A DNA stretch of 20,000 bases from an uncultured virus (IMG/VR IMGVR_UViG_3300042453_004632) (taxonomy: Duplodnaviria; Heunggongvirae; Uroviricota; Caudoviricetes), in the IMG/VR virus record IMGVR_UViG_3300042453_004632; one strand, given 5' to 3'. Position 1 is the stretch's first letter; each line of letters begins with the position of its first letter. The notes beneath the pieces are model-generated. The model searched no databases. It was not told where the DNA came from and saw nothing but the letters and a program-made list of their open reading frames with translations. The translations under genes and the position numbers were made by a program. This document shows positions 1 through 7,463 of this stretch, piece after piece.

Positions 1-405
1 CAAGACGATACGAAGAGCCACATACCAAACCAGTATGAATTTCTGAAGAAGGTACTGACGATTTCCGCGTCTGGAACGCCGTGGTTTCATCAGTTTCCAT
101 GCACTTGGCGGGCCGGTAGTCAGATTTACAAGAGAAGGGTTGAGAAAGGCATTTGTCATTTTGAGACCTTGGGCGAACCGGACAGCATCAAAAGGGCTGC
201 CGAACGACTTGGAATTGACCTGCCCGAGGAGTACACTACCGAAACCTGTGCCTTTTTTATCGTGAAAAATAAGGCCATATGGAGGAATTCCTTGGATTTT
301 TACCGTGAGGCACTAAGTTGGGTGCTGGAACGGGACACGCACGAATTCGTCCTTGAGCACATGTGGAAAATCATCTTCGAAAAATCAAACCGCCGGATTC
401 CATAA
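1..405 (+). CDS. 5'-truncated DUF3431-like protein (C-terminal part)
   Basis: Frame 1 is open from base 1 to TAA at 403-405. It contains QDD..H, CAFFIVKNKAIWRNSLDFY and VLEHMWKIIF, resembling the DUF3431 C-terminal pattern (CxxFxV..I...FY...LExxWxxIF). Confidence 0.6.
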   Translation, partial: QDDTKSHIPNQYEFLKKVLTISASGTPWFHQFPCTWRAGSQIYKRRVEKGICHFETLGEPDSIKRAAERLGIDLPEEYTTETCAFFIVKNKAIWRNSLDFYREALSWVLERDTHEFVLEHMWKIIFEKSNRRIP

Positions 406-422
406 GTGGCGAGGAACCACAC

Positions 423-1157
423 ATGCCGGAATTCAGAGTTATCTGCGTGGACGGTCACAAGGGAAGGAACAAGCCCGAGGTGCGGCCGTTTCTCGTCTCT
501 TCTCCCGAGGGAATAACGCCCCGGGATCAGACGATGATCAAAAATTGGGCAATGAAGCTCCAGTGGTCCGAGGACGGAATCCGCCGCTGGAGCAACACCC
601 AGATGTATTTCACGGAAAAGGACGCCGAGGAGCAGCCGCTCGTCGGGGCTATGTTCAATGCGTTGGATTGGAGGGGAGTTCCTCCCTTGTGGTTCAAGGA
701 GCCTTCCTGCCCGGAAGAGGCACTTGAGTGCGCGAGAACCGTGGGCCAGCCCATTCCCAAATACGAACACATCATTGCTCTGGACCCCGAGGCGTCGTTT
801 TCTTACTCATGCGAGATCGGGCAGACTTTCCCGCTCGGAGAAAGACTGATGGCCGAAGACGAGAACCTTTCCATAAGGTACGCCGATGTCCACGGAGTCC
901 GTGTGTTGGATGCCGAAGACAGAATATCAAAAGACGACCTGCTTGCCGAGAAGTACGGCAAAGTGATGAGTTCCTTCTGTCTTTGGGGCAAGTGGAAAGA
1001 TGCAGAACTCGTCCGCAGTCCCGTTTGGATTTGTATGTTCGCGACGAACAAAGGTCGCGTCTCGGAAAATCTGCATTCGGCGATGACCATGTTCAGTTTC
1101 AGGGACGCCGGAAGCAAGTGGGTCAAAAAGTATTTCAAGAAAAAGCTTCATAAATAA
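423..1157 (+). CDS. Hypothetical protein with C-terminal SPxW...LHxxM...SF...YF module (family B)
   Basis: Long ORF; ATG 423 follows GAGGAA. The C-terminus SPVWICMFA...LHSAMTMFSFRDAGSKWVKKYF is shared with three other ORFs in the window. Confidence 0.75.
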   Translation: MPEFRVICVDGHKGRNKPEVRPFLVSSPEGITPRDQTMIKNWAMKLQWSEDGIRRWSNTQMYFTEKDAEEQPLVGAMFNALDWRGVPPLWFKEPSCPEEALECARTVGQPIPKYEHIIALDPEASFSYSCEIGQTFPLGERLMAEDENLSIRYADVHGVRVLDAEDRISKDDLLAEKYGKVMSSFCLWGKWKDAELVRSPVWICMFATNKGRVSENLHSAMTMFSFRDAGSKWVKKYFKKKLHK

Positions 1158-1161
1158 ACCC

Positions 1162-1347
1162 ATGAGAACAATCATCTTTTTCATGCTTTGTCTCGTCGTA
1201 GGCTGCGGAGAAAAACCGTGCACGTGCGGCAATCCCAAATGCGGGATAGAATGCCGCAACAGGTGCGAAGGAACCAGATGCCTGATCGGCGATCCGTGCT
1301 GCGAGAAATGCTCATGCGGTTCCAAGCCGCCTTTGAAGTTGAAGTAG
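1162..1347 (+). CDS. Small Cys-rich putative lipoprotein
   Basis: Signal peptide MRTIIFFMLCLVVG-C followed by a Cys-dense mature region (CTC, CC, CSC); TAAATA motif 5 nt before ATG. Confidence 0.65.
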   Translation: MRTIIFFMLCLVVGCGEKPCTCGNPKCGIECRNRCEGTRCLIGDPCCEKCSCGSKPPLKLK

Positions 1348-1384
1348 GACCTCGAAAAAACCAAGGGTCGGAAAGCATACTGGC

Positions 1385-1756
1385 ATGGGATACCTCACGA
1401 CACTGACGATCTACAACGACGGCATACACATCATCAAAGACAAGGCTCAAGACTTTGCGGACAGGGTCTATGACGCCGCCGTGACACCGAGTCGTGCGAC
1501 AGACATTGAACTTGGATCGTTTGGAAACCTCATCAGGGTCCAGAAGCCCCGCCACGCGGACGACCACACCGTATATGTTCACATGGGCAACGCCGTTTGC
1601 GAGATGAACGTATACAGCGACGACACGCTGAAAACCATGGCTCAATCTCCCAAGTTCTTCAAAAAAATGCTCGCCGAGATGAAGAAACAAGTCAAAATGC
1701 TTTCCAAGCAACTCAAGGAATACGAGGACGACCATGGGTCTGACGTTGATCGGTGA
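1385..1756 (+). CDS. Hypothetical phage protein
   Basis: 123-aa ORF filling the space between neighbouring genes; overlaps the next gene start. Confidence 0.75.
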   Translation: MGYLTTLTIYNDGIHIIKDKAQDFADRVYDAAVTPSRATDIELGSFGNLIRVQKPRHADDHTVYVHMGNAVCEMNVYSDDTLKTMAQSPKFFKKMLAEMKKQVKMLSKQLKEYEDDHGSDVDR

Positions 1757-2324
1757 CGCACACGGCAAATACGATAGATACGTCAAAATAGCAAGAAAAA
1801 GAGACTTCACTATCCAACTCGGAGATTTAGGATTCAGATACGCTTGTCTGAATAATCTTGATCCCGAGTGCCACAAGGTTCTCGGAGGAAATCACGACAA
1901 CTACAGTGCGATAGTTGAATATCCTCATTATCTCGGAGACTACGGCAACGGATCGCTCGGCGGTGTTGATTTCTTCTTCTATCGCGGTGCGTACAGCATA
2001 GACAGGCAGTACAGGACCATCGGGATTGACTGGTGGCCCGAGGAGCAGTTGAGGATAGAGGACTTCATGAGGGCTAGGGAGTTGTACAGGGAGACGAAGC
2101 CGGATGTCGTGTTGACCCACGATTGCCCGGAGACCATATCCCCTATGCTTCTGCCTCCCGGGAGTCAGATGTACCAGAACACCACGGGATGGGCCTTACA
2201 AGAATTCTTGAGCATTCACAGCCCGAGATTGTGGATTTTTGGTCACTATCACCAGAGCACATCCATCCAGTCGGGCGACACCAAATTCGTTTGTCTTGAC
2301 GAACTTGAGACCCTTGATCTTTGA
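1734..2324 (+). CDS. Calcineurin-like metallophosphoesterase
   Basis: All five motifs present: GDAHG, QLGDLG, GGNHD, THD, GHYH. Confidence 0.92.
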   Translation: MGLTLIGDAHGKYDRYVKIARKRDFTIQLGDLGFRYACLNNLDPECHKVLGGNHDNYSAIVEYPHYLGDYGNGSLGGVDFFFYRGAYSIDRQYRTIGIDWWPEEQLRIEDFMRARELYRETKPDVVLTHDCPETISPMLLPPGSQMYQNTTGWALQEFLSIHSPRLWIFGHYHQSTSIQSGDTKFVCLDELETLDL

Positions 2325-2330
2325 AAGGAC

Positions 2331-2561
2331 ATGACCTTGAGCGGACTTGTTGGTGTTACTTTGGAGTTTGAGGAGGGAACCCAAGTCTCCAAGAACGTGG
2401 AAAATATTTACATGGCGGCCCCTGACATGTACAAACTTTTGAAGGACATGGCATTCCTCGCCGATGAGGGGGATTTGGACCTGCCGGCGGGTTTGCTCAG
2501 AAGGATCAAGCAGGTTCTTCCCATGAGTGAGCCTGTGATAATTCAAGGAGTGTTCAAATGA
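2331..2561 (+). CDS. Hypothetical protein
   Basis: AAGGA RBS before ATG; stop overlaps the next start (ATGA). Confidence 0.65.
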   Translation: MTLSGLVGVTLEFEEGTQVSKNVENIYMAAPDMYKLLKDMAFLADEGDLDLPAGLLRRIKQVLPMSEPVIIQGVFK

Positions 2562-2884
2562 AATTGAATCAAGTCGGAGATCACATCGAGTCGGAATGCG
2601 TTGGTTGTGGCGAGCCTTTGCTCATCGGAAGCGGGGATTCTCTCAATTTCAGGATGGGAATCAAGGACGGGATGCCATTCCCGGAGGGCTTCCTCTGCTC
2701 GCTTTGCAACAAGAACGAAAACAAAGAAGATCAACTCTTTGTCAAGTTGCAACGCATGTGCTGCATGGAATGCGGCATAGACTTGGACGTTACGAGTCCT
2801 TGCCGATTCGTTTTGGATGAAGATGGCGAGCCGAAGGGAATGGTTTGTGAAGATTGCGAGGAGGGAGAATCATGGAAAGTATAG
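2558..2884 (+). CDS. Putative zinc-binding protein (4 CxxC pairs)
   Basis: CVGC, CSLC, CMEC, CEDC; AAGGAG RBS; ATGA coupling with the upstream gene. Confidence 0.7.
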   Translation: MKLNQVGDHIESECVGCGEPLLIGSGDSLNFRMGIKDGMPFPEGFLCSLCNKNENKEDQLFVKLQRMCCMECGIDLDVTSPCRFVLDEDGEPKGMVCEDCEEGESWKV

Positions 2885-2915
2885 AAGAACGGCGAAATAA
2901 TTCATCATTATTAAG

Positions 2916-2944
2916 TTGACAGCAGCGATTAATTTCATTAGATT
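2916..2944 (+). promoter_or_regulatory. Sigma70-type promoter
   Basis: TTGACA (2916-2921), 17 nt, TAGATT (2939-2944), with an AT-rich upstream tract; ATG at 2955 has no SD. Confidence 0.7.
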
Positions 2945-2954
2945 GAGCATCAAC

Positions 2955-3365
2955 ATGAGCAAGCCATGGATTCACGCTCGGTCCTCCGCCAAGAAGTTCG
3001 GCGGCAAGCCCGAGGACTACATAAAAATCCACAATCTCATGGACAGCAGCAAGGGCTGCATAGGTGACAATCGACATCGAGCCTTGACACACAACAGCTG
3101 GTTCATATCGGCTGGAGGGCCGCTTGAGATGATGTTCGGCGTGGTCATCATAAACAGCCTCGGCAAGGAAGTGAGCGTCAGGGACATAGGGGAACAACAC
3201 ATTTTGGAAGACTTCGGAATGAGATTCATACCCACTCCTCAGGACTACCTGCAGGAGATGGAGCCGAAGTCGTGGATGAACAACAGCCTTGATGACGCAC
3301 CTCCGAGTTGCAGGAAGATCGGCCGAAAGAGCAGCAAACGAAAAAGAACCATAACCCTAGATTGA
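2955..3365 (+). CDS. DUF6915-like His-rich protein
   Basis: Motifs PWIHARSSAKKFGG.PEDY..IH..MDSSK, RHRALTHN, VRDIGEQHILED..FIPT.QDYL. Confidence 0.75.
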   Translation: MSKPWIHARSSAKKFGGKPEDYIKIHNLMDSSKGCIGDNRHRALTHNSWFISAGGPLEMMFGVVIINSLGKEVSVRDIGEQHILEDFGMRFIPTPQDYLQEMEPKSWMNNSLDDAPPSCRKIGRKSSKRKRTITLD

Positions 3366-3375
3366 GGAGATTAAA

Positions 3376-3954
3376 ATGGCAAAGAAGACCGCGAAGAAGG
3401 CTTCAAAGAAGTCCAGCCTCTCCATGCGCATAGCGGAAGCAAAGAGTAACAACGAAAACTTCAAGAACACTGTCGCCAAGCGGGGCGAAAAGTTTTTCAA
3501 GGAGGCGGTCAAGGAAATCTTCAAGAAATTCAAGGACCTTGAATCCTTTTCTTGGTCTCAGTACACGCCCCATTTCAATGACGGAGACGAATGCCTCTTC
3601 TCTTGTCATTTTGATTCGCTTGCGATTAACGGCGAGGAAGACCCGGAATGCGTCTATCATCTTGAACACATCTGCGAACTGCTTTCCCAAAAACAAAAGG
3701 AGGAGACCAGAATAATCATGGAACTCTCCAACAAGACGGGCAAGCAGGATTGGGATATCATCCAACTCAAGCAAGACCTTGAGATCATCAAGACCCGTGA
3801 TCTTGAGGAGGTTTCAAATAAACTTGAAACCAAGAGATACATTCTTGATTTGGTTGAAAACATTGACGAGACCGCCTACGAGAACATGTTCGGAGAGGGA
3901 ACCGTGGTAGTGTCCAGAGATGGCATCACGGTGGAGGAATGCGAACATGACTGA
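3376..3954 (+). CDS. Conserved hypothetical phage protein (W.QYTP.FNDGD.C motif)
   Basis: Strong GAGGAG RBS; motif SWSQYTPHFNDGDECLF; directly downstream of the DUF6915-like gene. Confidence 0.75.
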   Translation: MAKKTAKKASKKSSLSMRIAEAKSNNENFKNTVAKRGEKFFKEAVKEIFKKFKDLESFSWSQYTPHFNDGDECLFSCHFDSLAINGEEDPECVYHLEHICELLSQKQKEETRIIMELSNKTGKQDWDIIQLKQDLEIIKTRDLEEVSNKLETKRYILDLVENIDETAYENMFGEGTVVVSRDGITVEECEHD

Positions 3955-4396
3955 ATCGCCGTCCGTGGAATATAAACTTTTTCGGAGAGCAGCCACCCCA
4001 GAAAGGTCATATTTCGTCATATCGTTCCAAAGGCCCGAGGGATATTCCATGTACGATTTCGTTAAGATTTCGTGCACGGCATTCGGCGACATCATGTCGC
4101 AGAACAAACTTGAATATTTTGCCTTGGGAGACCCTCATCTTGAATGCAATTCAGGAAATGAATTCTCCACAGACGACTCATTCTGGAGAACGAAGTTTGA
4201 CGACACGTTCGTGCCGGGAAAGACGCTCGCCGACCTTGTGATCGGCAGCATCGGAGAAGGAGAAAAGAACGAGATTTCATTCTGCTTCTACTCCCCCAGG
4301 AGCGAGACGGAGAAGTTTTTTGACCCCGAAGGCGACTACAGCCATCCGGAACCCGATCCCGAGTGGTACTGCGAGGGAAGGTACGTGGAAGAGTGA
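3947..4396 (+). CDS. Hypothetical acidic protein
   Basis: GGAGG RBS upstream of ATG 3947, which overlaps the previous stop; GTGA coupling with the next gene. Confidence 0.7.
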   Translation: MTESPSVEYKLFRRAATPERSYFVISFQRPEGYSMYDFVKISCTAFGDIMSQNKLEYFALGDPHLECNSGNEFSTDDSFWRTKFDDTFVPGKTLADLVIGSIGEGEKNEISFCFYSPRSETEKFFDPEGDYSHPEPDPEWYCEGRYVEE

Positions 4397-5040
4397 AAGA
4401 CTTTTTCTGCAGGGCAGTCAAGATAACTGACAAGGAAGACAACATCTTCTTCTGGTCCGACATGCACCTCGGTCAGGAGTGCAAGAGCTGGGATGAACCT
4501 CTCTTTGTGAAGCGCGGCTTCGGATCGCTTGAGGAGCACGATTCCGCCCTTGTCAAAAGATGGAATGAAAAGATTTCCCACGAGTCGGTGGTTTTCAACC
4601 TCGGCGACATGCTTTTCGGTTACGACGGCGAACGCAGGCTCATCAACTACTTTGAGATGCTAAATTTCAGGACGATGTATCTTCTCTTCGGAAACCACAC
4701 CGCCGGAACCAAACAAGTCTTTGAAAAACTTGAGGGAAATGTCTACGAGGTCAACTCGGAGAAGCGGGTCGTGTTCTGCCCTAATTACATGGAAGCCCAC
4801 ATAAACGGCTATCTTTGTGTGTTGAGCCACTACGCAATCGCGTCATTCAACGGTCAGGGAAAGGGAGCGTACATGATCCACGGTCACTCCCATGGAAATC
4901 TATATGGCTCCGAGATGGGGAAGGTCCTCTACAAAGCGAGAGTGATAGATGTGGGCGTGGAGAACTGTCCGGTGCCTCAATCGTTCGGGGAGATAAGAAG
5001 AAGATTCAAGGAAAACCCCGTATCATTTGATCATCACTGA
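4393..5040 (+). CDS. Calcineurin-like metallophosphoesterase (second, distinct subfamily)
   Basis: Motifs SDMHLG, LGDM, GNH, SHY, HGHSHG, DVGVE; GTG start overlaps the upstream TGA. Confidence 0.9.
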   Translation: MKDFFCRAVKITDKEDNIFFWSDMHLGQECKSWDEPLFVKRGFGSLEEHDSALVKRWNEKISHESVVFNLGDMLFGYDGERRLINYFEMLNFRTMYLLFGNHTAGTKQVFEKLEGNVYEVNSEKRVVFCPNYMEAHINGYLCVLSHYAIASFNGQGKGAYMIHGHSHGNLYGSEMGKVLYKARVIDVGVENCPVPQSFGEIRRRFKENPVSFDHH

Positions 5041-5237
5041 TCTTCCAAAAGATTGAATCCTGATTCCGTCGTGATCGGCTGCCCGGATTCAGTCATTATG
5101 AACCCAGAATCGGCCTCTTTTACTATTACTATGGAAGGAATTATGACCACAGAAAGACTTGATTTGGGCTTCCACAGCCTTTTGAAAAGCCCCTTGGTTA
5201 TCTCATAGTGTCCGGCTCCGAGCCACTTTTTAGTCAT
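5034..5237 (-). CDS. Small protein with tandem xTESG repeats (possible virion protein)
   Basis: C-terminus FIMTESGQPITTESGFNLLED; TATATA immediately upstream; fills the gap between plus-strand genes. Confidence 0.6.
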   Translation of the reverse strand: MTKKWLGAGHYEITKGLFKRLWKPKSSLSVVIIPSIVIVKEADSGFIMTESGQPITTESGFNLLEDQ

Positions 5238-5240
5238 ACC

Positions 5241-5250
5241 TTATATATAA
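5241..5250. promoter_or_regulatory. Palindromic TTATATATAA between divergent start codons (putative bidirectional late-type promoter)
   Basis: Perfect 10-bp palindrome within the 17-bp gap between CAT 5235-5237 and ATG 5255. Confidence 0.5.
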
Positions 5251-5254
5251 AAAG

Positions 5255-5521
5255 ATGAGCAAGAAAAAAACAACAGAAGAAACGCCCAAGCAGGAACCCG
5301 CCGAGGTCCACGAAGAGGACAGGAGCACGATCAAATCCCTCCTTTTCGCCCAAGTGGAAAGACCCAGAAATCTCACGGATGTAAGGATAGTGAATGTATT
5401 TGAAGACAGATACAGAATAAATCTCTGGGTGAAGATTGAGGAAGACGGTCTAGAAAAGAAAAAGATCGCATCCAGTTATTTCGTCCGCTACGACGGAGAA
5501 AGCTTGGCAATCAGGGCGTGA
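5255..5521 (+). CDS. Hypothetical protein (RYRINLW...SYFV motif)
   Basis: 88-aa ORF that fills the region; TATATA 5 nt before ATG. Confidence 0.7.
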   Translation: MSKKKTTEETPKQEPAEVHEEDRSTIKSLLFAQVERPRNLTDVRIVNVFEDRYRINLWVKIEEDGLEKKKIASSYFVRYDGESLAIRA

Positions 5522-5540
5522 AAAATTTTCTGATGCCCCC

Positions 5541-5569
5541 TTTGCAGTCCTGCCGAATCGGACTACAAT
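5541..5569 (+). promoter_or_regulatory. Sigma70-type promoter for the tRNA gene
   Basis: TTTGCA/TTGCAG (5541-5547), 16-17 nt, TACAAT (5564-5569), 17 nt upstream of the tRNA 5' end. Confidence 0.6.
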
Positions 5570-5586
5570 GAATTTGGATCAATGAA

Positions 5587-5856
5587 GGGTCATTAGCTCA
5601 ATGGTAGAGCAACCGGCTTCAAATAGGAGTGCCTAAGAGGAAACTTTTAGAGTAGAACCGCTCAAATTCGGCGAACGCTTTGAAATGCCAACGCCGAGCC
5701 AAGCCCGCAAGGGAAGGTGTAGAGACTTGACGGGCGGCACCTAAAGCCGAAAGGTCATGGTGAAGGCAAAGTCCAAAGCCACAGTCGGAAGACGTAGTGA
5801 AAACTATAGTGACTTTGTTAACCGGTTGGTTGTAGGTTCGACCCCTACATGACCCA
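5587..5856 (+). tRNA. trnK: tRNA-Lys(UUU), intron-containing (exons 5587-5619 and 5818-5856); CCA not encoded
   Basis: Acceptor GGGTCAT/ATGACCC plus discriminator A; D arm GCTC-AATGGTA-GAGC; anticodon stem ACCGG/CCGGT with spliced loop CT-TTT-AA; T arm GTAGG-TTCGACC-CCTAC. Confidence 0.93.
5620..5817 (+). ncRNA. Group I self-splicing intron (IC3, Azoarcus tRNA-Ile intron-like), 198 nt, no internal ORF
   Basis: P1 GCUU^C/GGAGU with U.G at the splice site; P2 with GAAA loop; P3 CCGCTC/GGGCGG; core TCAAATTCGGCGAA...CAACGCCGAGCCAAG...GAAGGTGTAGAGACT; P7 GAGACTT/AAGTCC; P8 CCTAA..ATGG receptor-like motif; terminal omega-G at 5817. Confidence 0.93.
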
Positions 5857-5865
5857 CTAAATATC

Positions 5866-6045
5866 ATGAGTTTCAAAAAACTTGAACAATTGGCGAGGGA
5901 AAGAGGATACACAGTCGCCCGCAAGGGACGAGTGGTGTTCTGGAAGTGCAACTCTAATCCGGGCCACAATGGAACTTGCTACTCTCTAGAAGACACCGCC
6001 AGCGAGATAAACGTCCACTATGAATACAAACTCCTCCACGCTTGA
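5866..6045 (+). CDS. 59-aa hypothetical protein missing from the ORF track; paralog of 19297..19494
   Basis: Manual translation MSFKKLEQLARERGYTVARKGRVVFWKCNSNPGHNGTCYSLEDTASEINVHYEYKLLHA*, which aligns by eye with the 19297 ORF. Confidence 0.65.
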   Translation: MSFKKLEQLARERGYTVARKGRVVFWKCNSNPGHNGTCYSLEDTASEINVHYEYKLLHA

Positions 6046-6349
6046 ACAGAAGCTATACGACATCATGAATGAAAAACTCCAAAAGATGGAGGAAGAATTC
6101 ATGGTGATGGGCACGGAGAGTTCTAGGCTGAACCGATTGAACTATAAGTGGATGAACTATAAGTGGAACGAATATCTGGAGTCCGTGCCCGGAATAAAAA
6201 GAATGAGCAAGATGATGAGCCTGATTCTGGAGAAGGGCGAGCACGAAATCCGAATCAAAGACCCGCTTGACTTCTCGGGAAATCAAGGTTCAATTTCAAT
6301 GCACTTGGAGACTGCCGTGAAAATCGCAACCCTAGGATATTTGCCATGA
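6020..6349 (+). CDS. Hypothetical protein, family A (WxxYL...DP...ExAxKxxxLGxxP C-terminus)
   Basis: KWNEYLESVPG, IKDPL, ETAVKIATLGYLP; ATGA coupling with the next gene. Confidence 0.75.
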   Translation: MNTNSSTLEQKLYDIMNEKLQKMEEEFMVMGTESSRLNRLNYKWMNYKWNEYLESVPGIKRMSKMMSLILEKGEHEIRIKDPLDFSGNQGSISMHLETAVKIATLGYLP

Positions 6350-6585
6350 AGAGAATTATTTTTGCTGCCTTGTTGCTCGCCGGATGCAATTCTTCTTTTG
6401 ACTCCGATGTGGACAAAATCCTCAAGGCCAAGCGGATCGTACTTGGCGGCCTCAATCACCCCGACACCGCAGACTTCCACGACATGAGCACGGAAGTCCG
6501 AGGCAACAACGTGAAGTTGATCGTGACGGCCAAGAACGCCTTCGGCGTTCCAAGCACCCACACCTTCAACATCAATGTCCCATGA
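6346..6585 (+). CDS. Putative lipoprotein
   Basis: MKRIIFAALLLAG-C lipobox; ATGA couplings at both ends. Confidence 0.75.
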   Translation: MKRIIFAALLLAGCNSSFDSDVDKILKAKRIVLGGLNHPDTADFHDMSTEVRGNNVKLIVTAKNAFGVPSTHTFNINVP

Positions 6586-6836
6586 ACACAGCCGAGAAGG
6601 ACAGGCAGACCCAGGTTCTCGCCGTCTTCGCCCTCATCAACGTGCTCATGGAGCCGGGATGGAAGGACATGGAACAAGTCATCCGCTCCATGAAATCCAA
6701 GGGTTTTGACAGGTGCGAGAAGACCATCAGACGCTTGATGAAGGTGCTCAAAAAGGTCGGAGTCAATATTCTGGTGGACAGGAAGTCGTCGCCGTATACA
6801 TACAGGGTGAGTAGGGCGAGACCTTTCTTGAAATGA
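6582..6836 (+). CDS. Winged helix-turn-helix DNA-binding protein (HTH_11-like)
   Basis: CEKTIRRLMKVLKKVGVNI...YTYRV resembles the recognition helix and wing of HTH_11/WYL-regulator N-terminal domains. Confidence 0.6.
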   Translation: MNTAEKDRQTQVLAVFALINVLMEPGWKDMEQVIRSMKSKGFDRCEKTIRRLMKVLKKVGVNILVDRKSSPYTYRVSRARPFLK

Positions 6837-7138
6837 ACAAAACGTCAAAGACCAAACTGGCCCACATATTCGGCATCAAGTATTTCAATCTCATCGGGGT
6901 TGCCACGAATTCGCCCGTCCTGTACGCCTCCATGTACGAGGCCATTTCCGAAGCAATATCACCAAACTTTCCAAAATGGATGAAATACCTCGAGGATTTG
7001 GGATGCAGGGTGGTCCCAAAGAACACGAAGGCCAAGCGCGGCTTCGTGCTTGTGGAAGACCCCTGCCACTTCCAGAATAAGATACAGATTCCGGAGGAAT
7101 TTGCCCACAAGACTCTTGTGTTGGGCGGATTGCCGTGA
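6833..7138 (+). CDS. Hypothetical protein, family A
   Basis: KWMKYLEDLG, VEDPC, IPEEFAHKTLVLGGLP. Confidence 0.75.
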   Translation: MNKTSKTKLAHIFGIKYFNLIGVATNSPVLYASMYEAISEAISPNFPKWMKYLEDLGCRVVPKNTKAKRGFVLVEDPCHFQNKIQIPEEFAHKTLVLGGLP

Positions 7139-7431
7139 CCGAAGAATACAGAATCAAGATTTTCCTCGGCGAACTTACCCTTGGGGACCTTTGGAAGATG
7201 GGCCTCCTTGAAGGGATGATGACGATGGGTGAAGAGGAAAGAATCACTGCGGGCCAACGGGACGAAACGATAGAATTCTGCGGCCCGGATGGACTCCGGA
7301 GGCAGTTTTCCTCGTCCACTAAGGTGAAGTTGAACACGAGCCTTCTTCCTGTTTGGGCCGTTGATTTCAATGAAAAGACTCTTGTTCTATCAAGAGGCAT
7401 TGATCCTTTTTTGAAGGATGAAAAAAACTGA
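7135..7431 (+). CDS. Hypothetical protein
   Basis: GTGA coupling with the upstream stop; fills the region. Confidence 0.6.
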   Translation: MTEEYRIKIFLGELTLGDLWKMGLLEGMMTMGEEERITAGQRDETIEFCGPDGLRRQFSSSTKVKLNTSLLPVWAVDFNEKTLVLSRGIDPFLKDEKN

Positions 7432-7463
7432 ATTATATCTCGCTCATTTGATAGATAAATCAA

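Noticed and set aside
2916..2954. TTG start for the DUF6915-like gene
   Set aside because: The TTG is part of the TTGACA -35 box; family-like sequence begins at ATG 2955.
5587..5856. tRNA-Asn(GUU) reading (CT|GTTAA)
   Set aside because: It would need an intron ending in U rather than omega-G and a 5' splice site at a U-A pair. P1 puts the U.G pair at U34, and discriminator A and the acceptor stem fit Lys.
5619..5969. Minus-strand 116-aa ORF as an intron homing endonuclease
   Set aside because: Antisense to the intron, extends across the exon, and has no LAGLIDADG, GIY-YIG or HNH motif.
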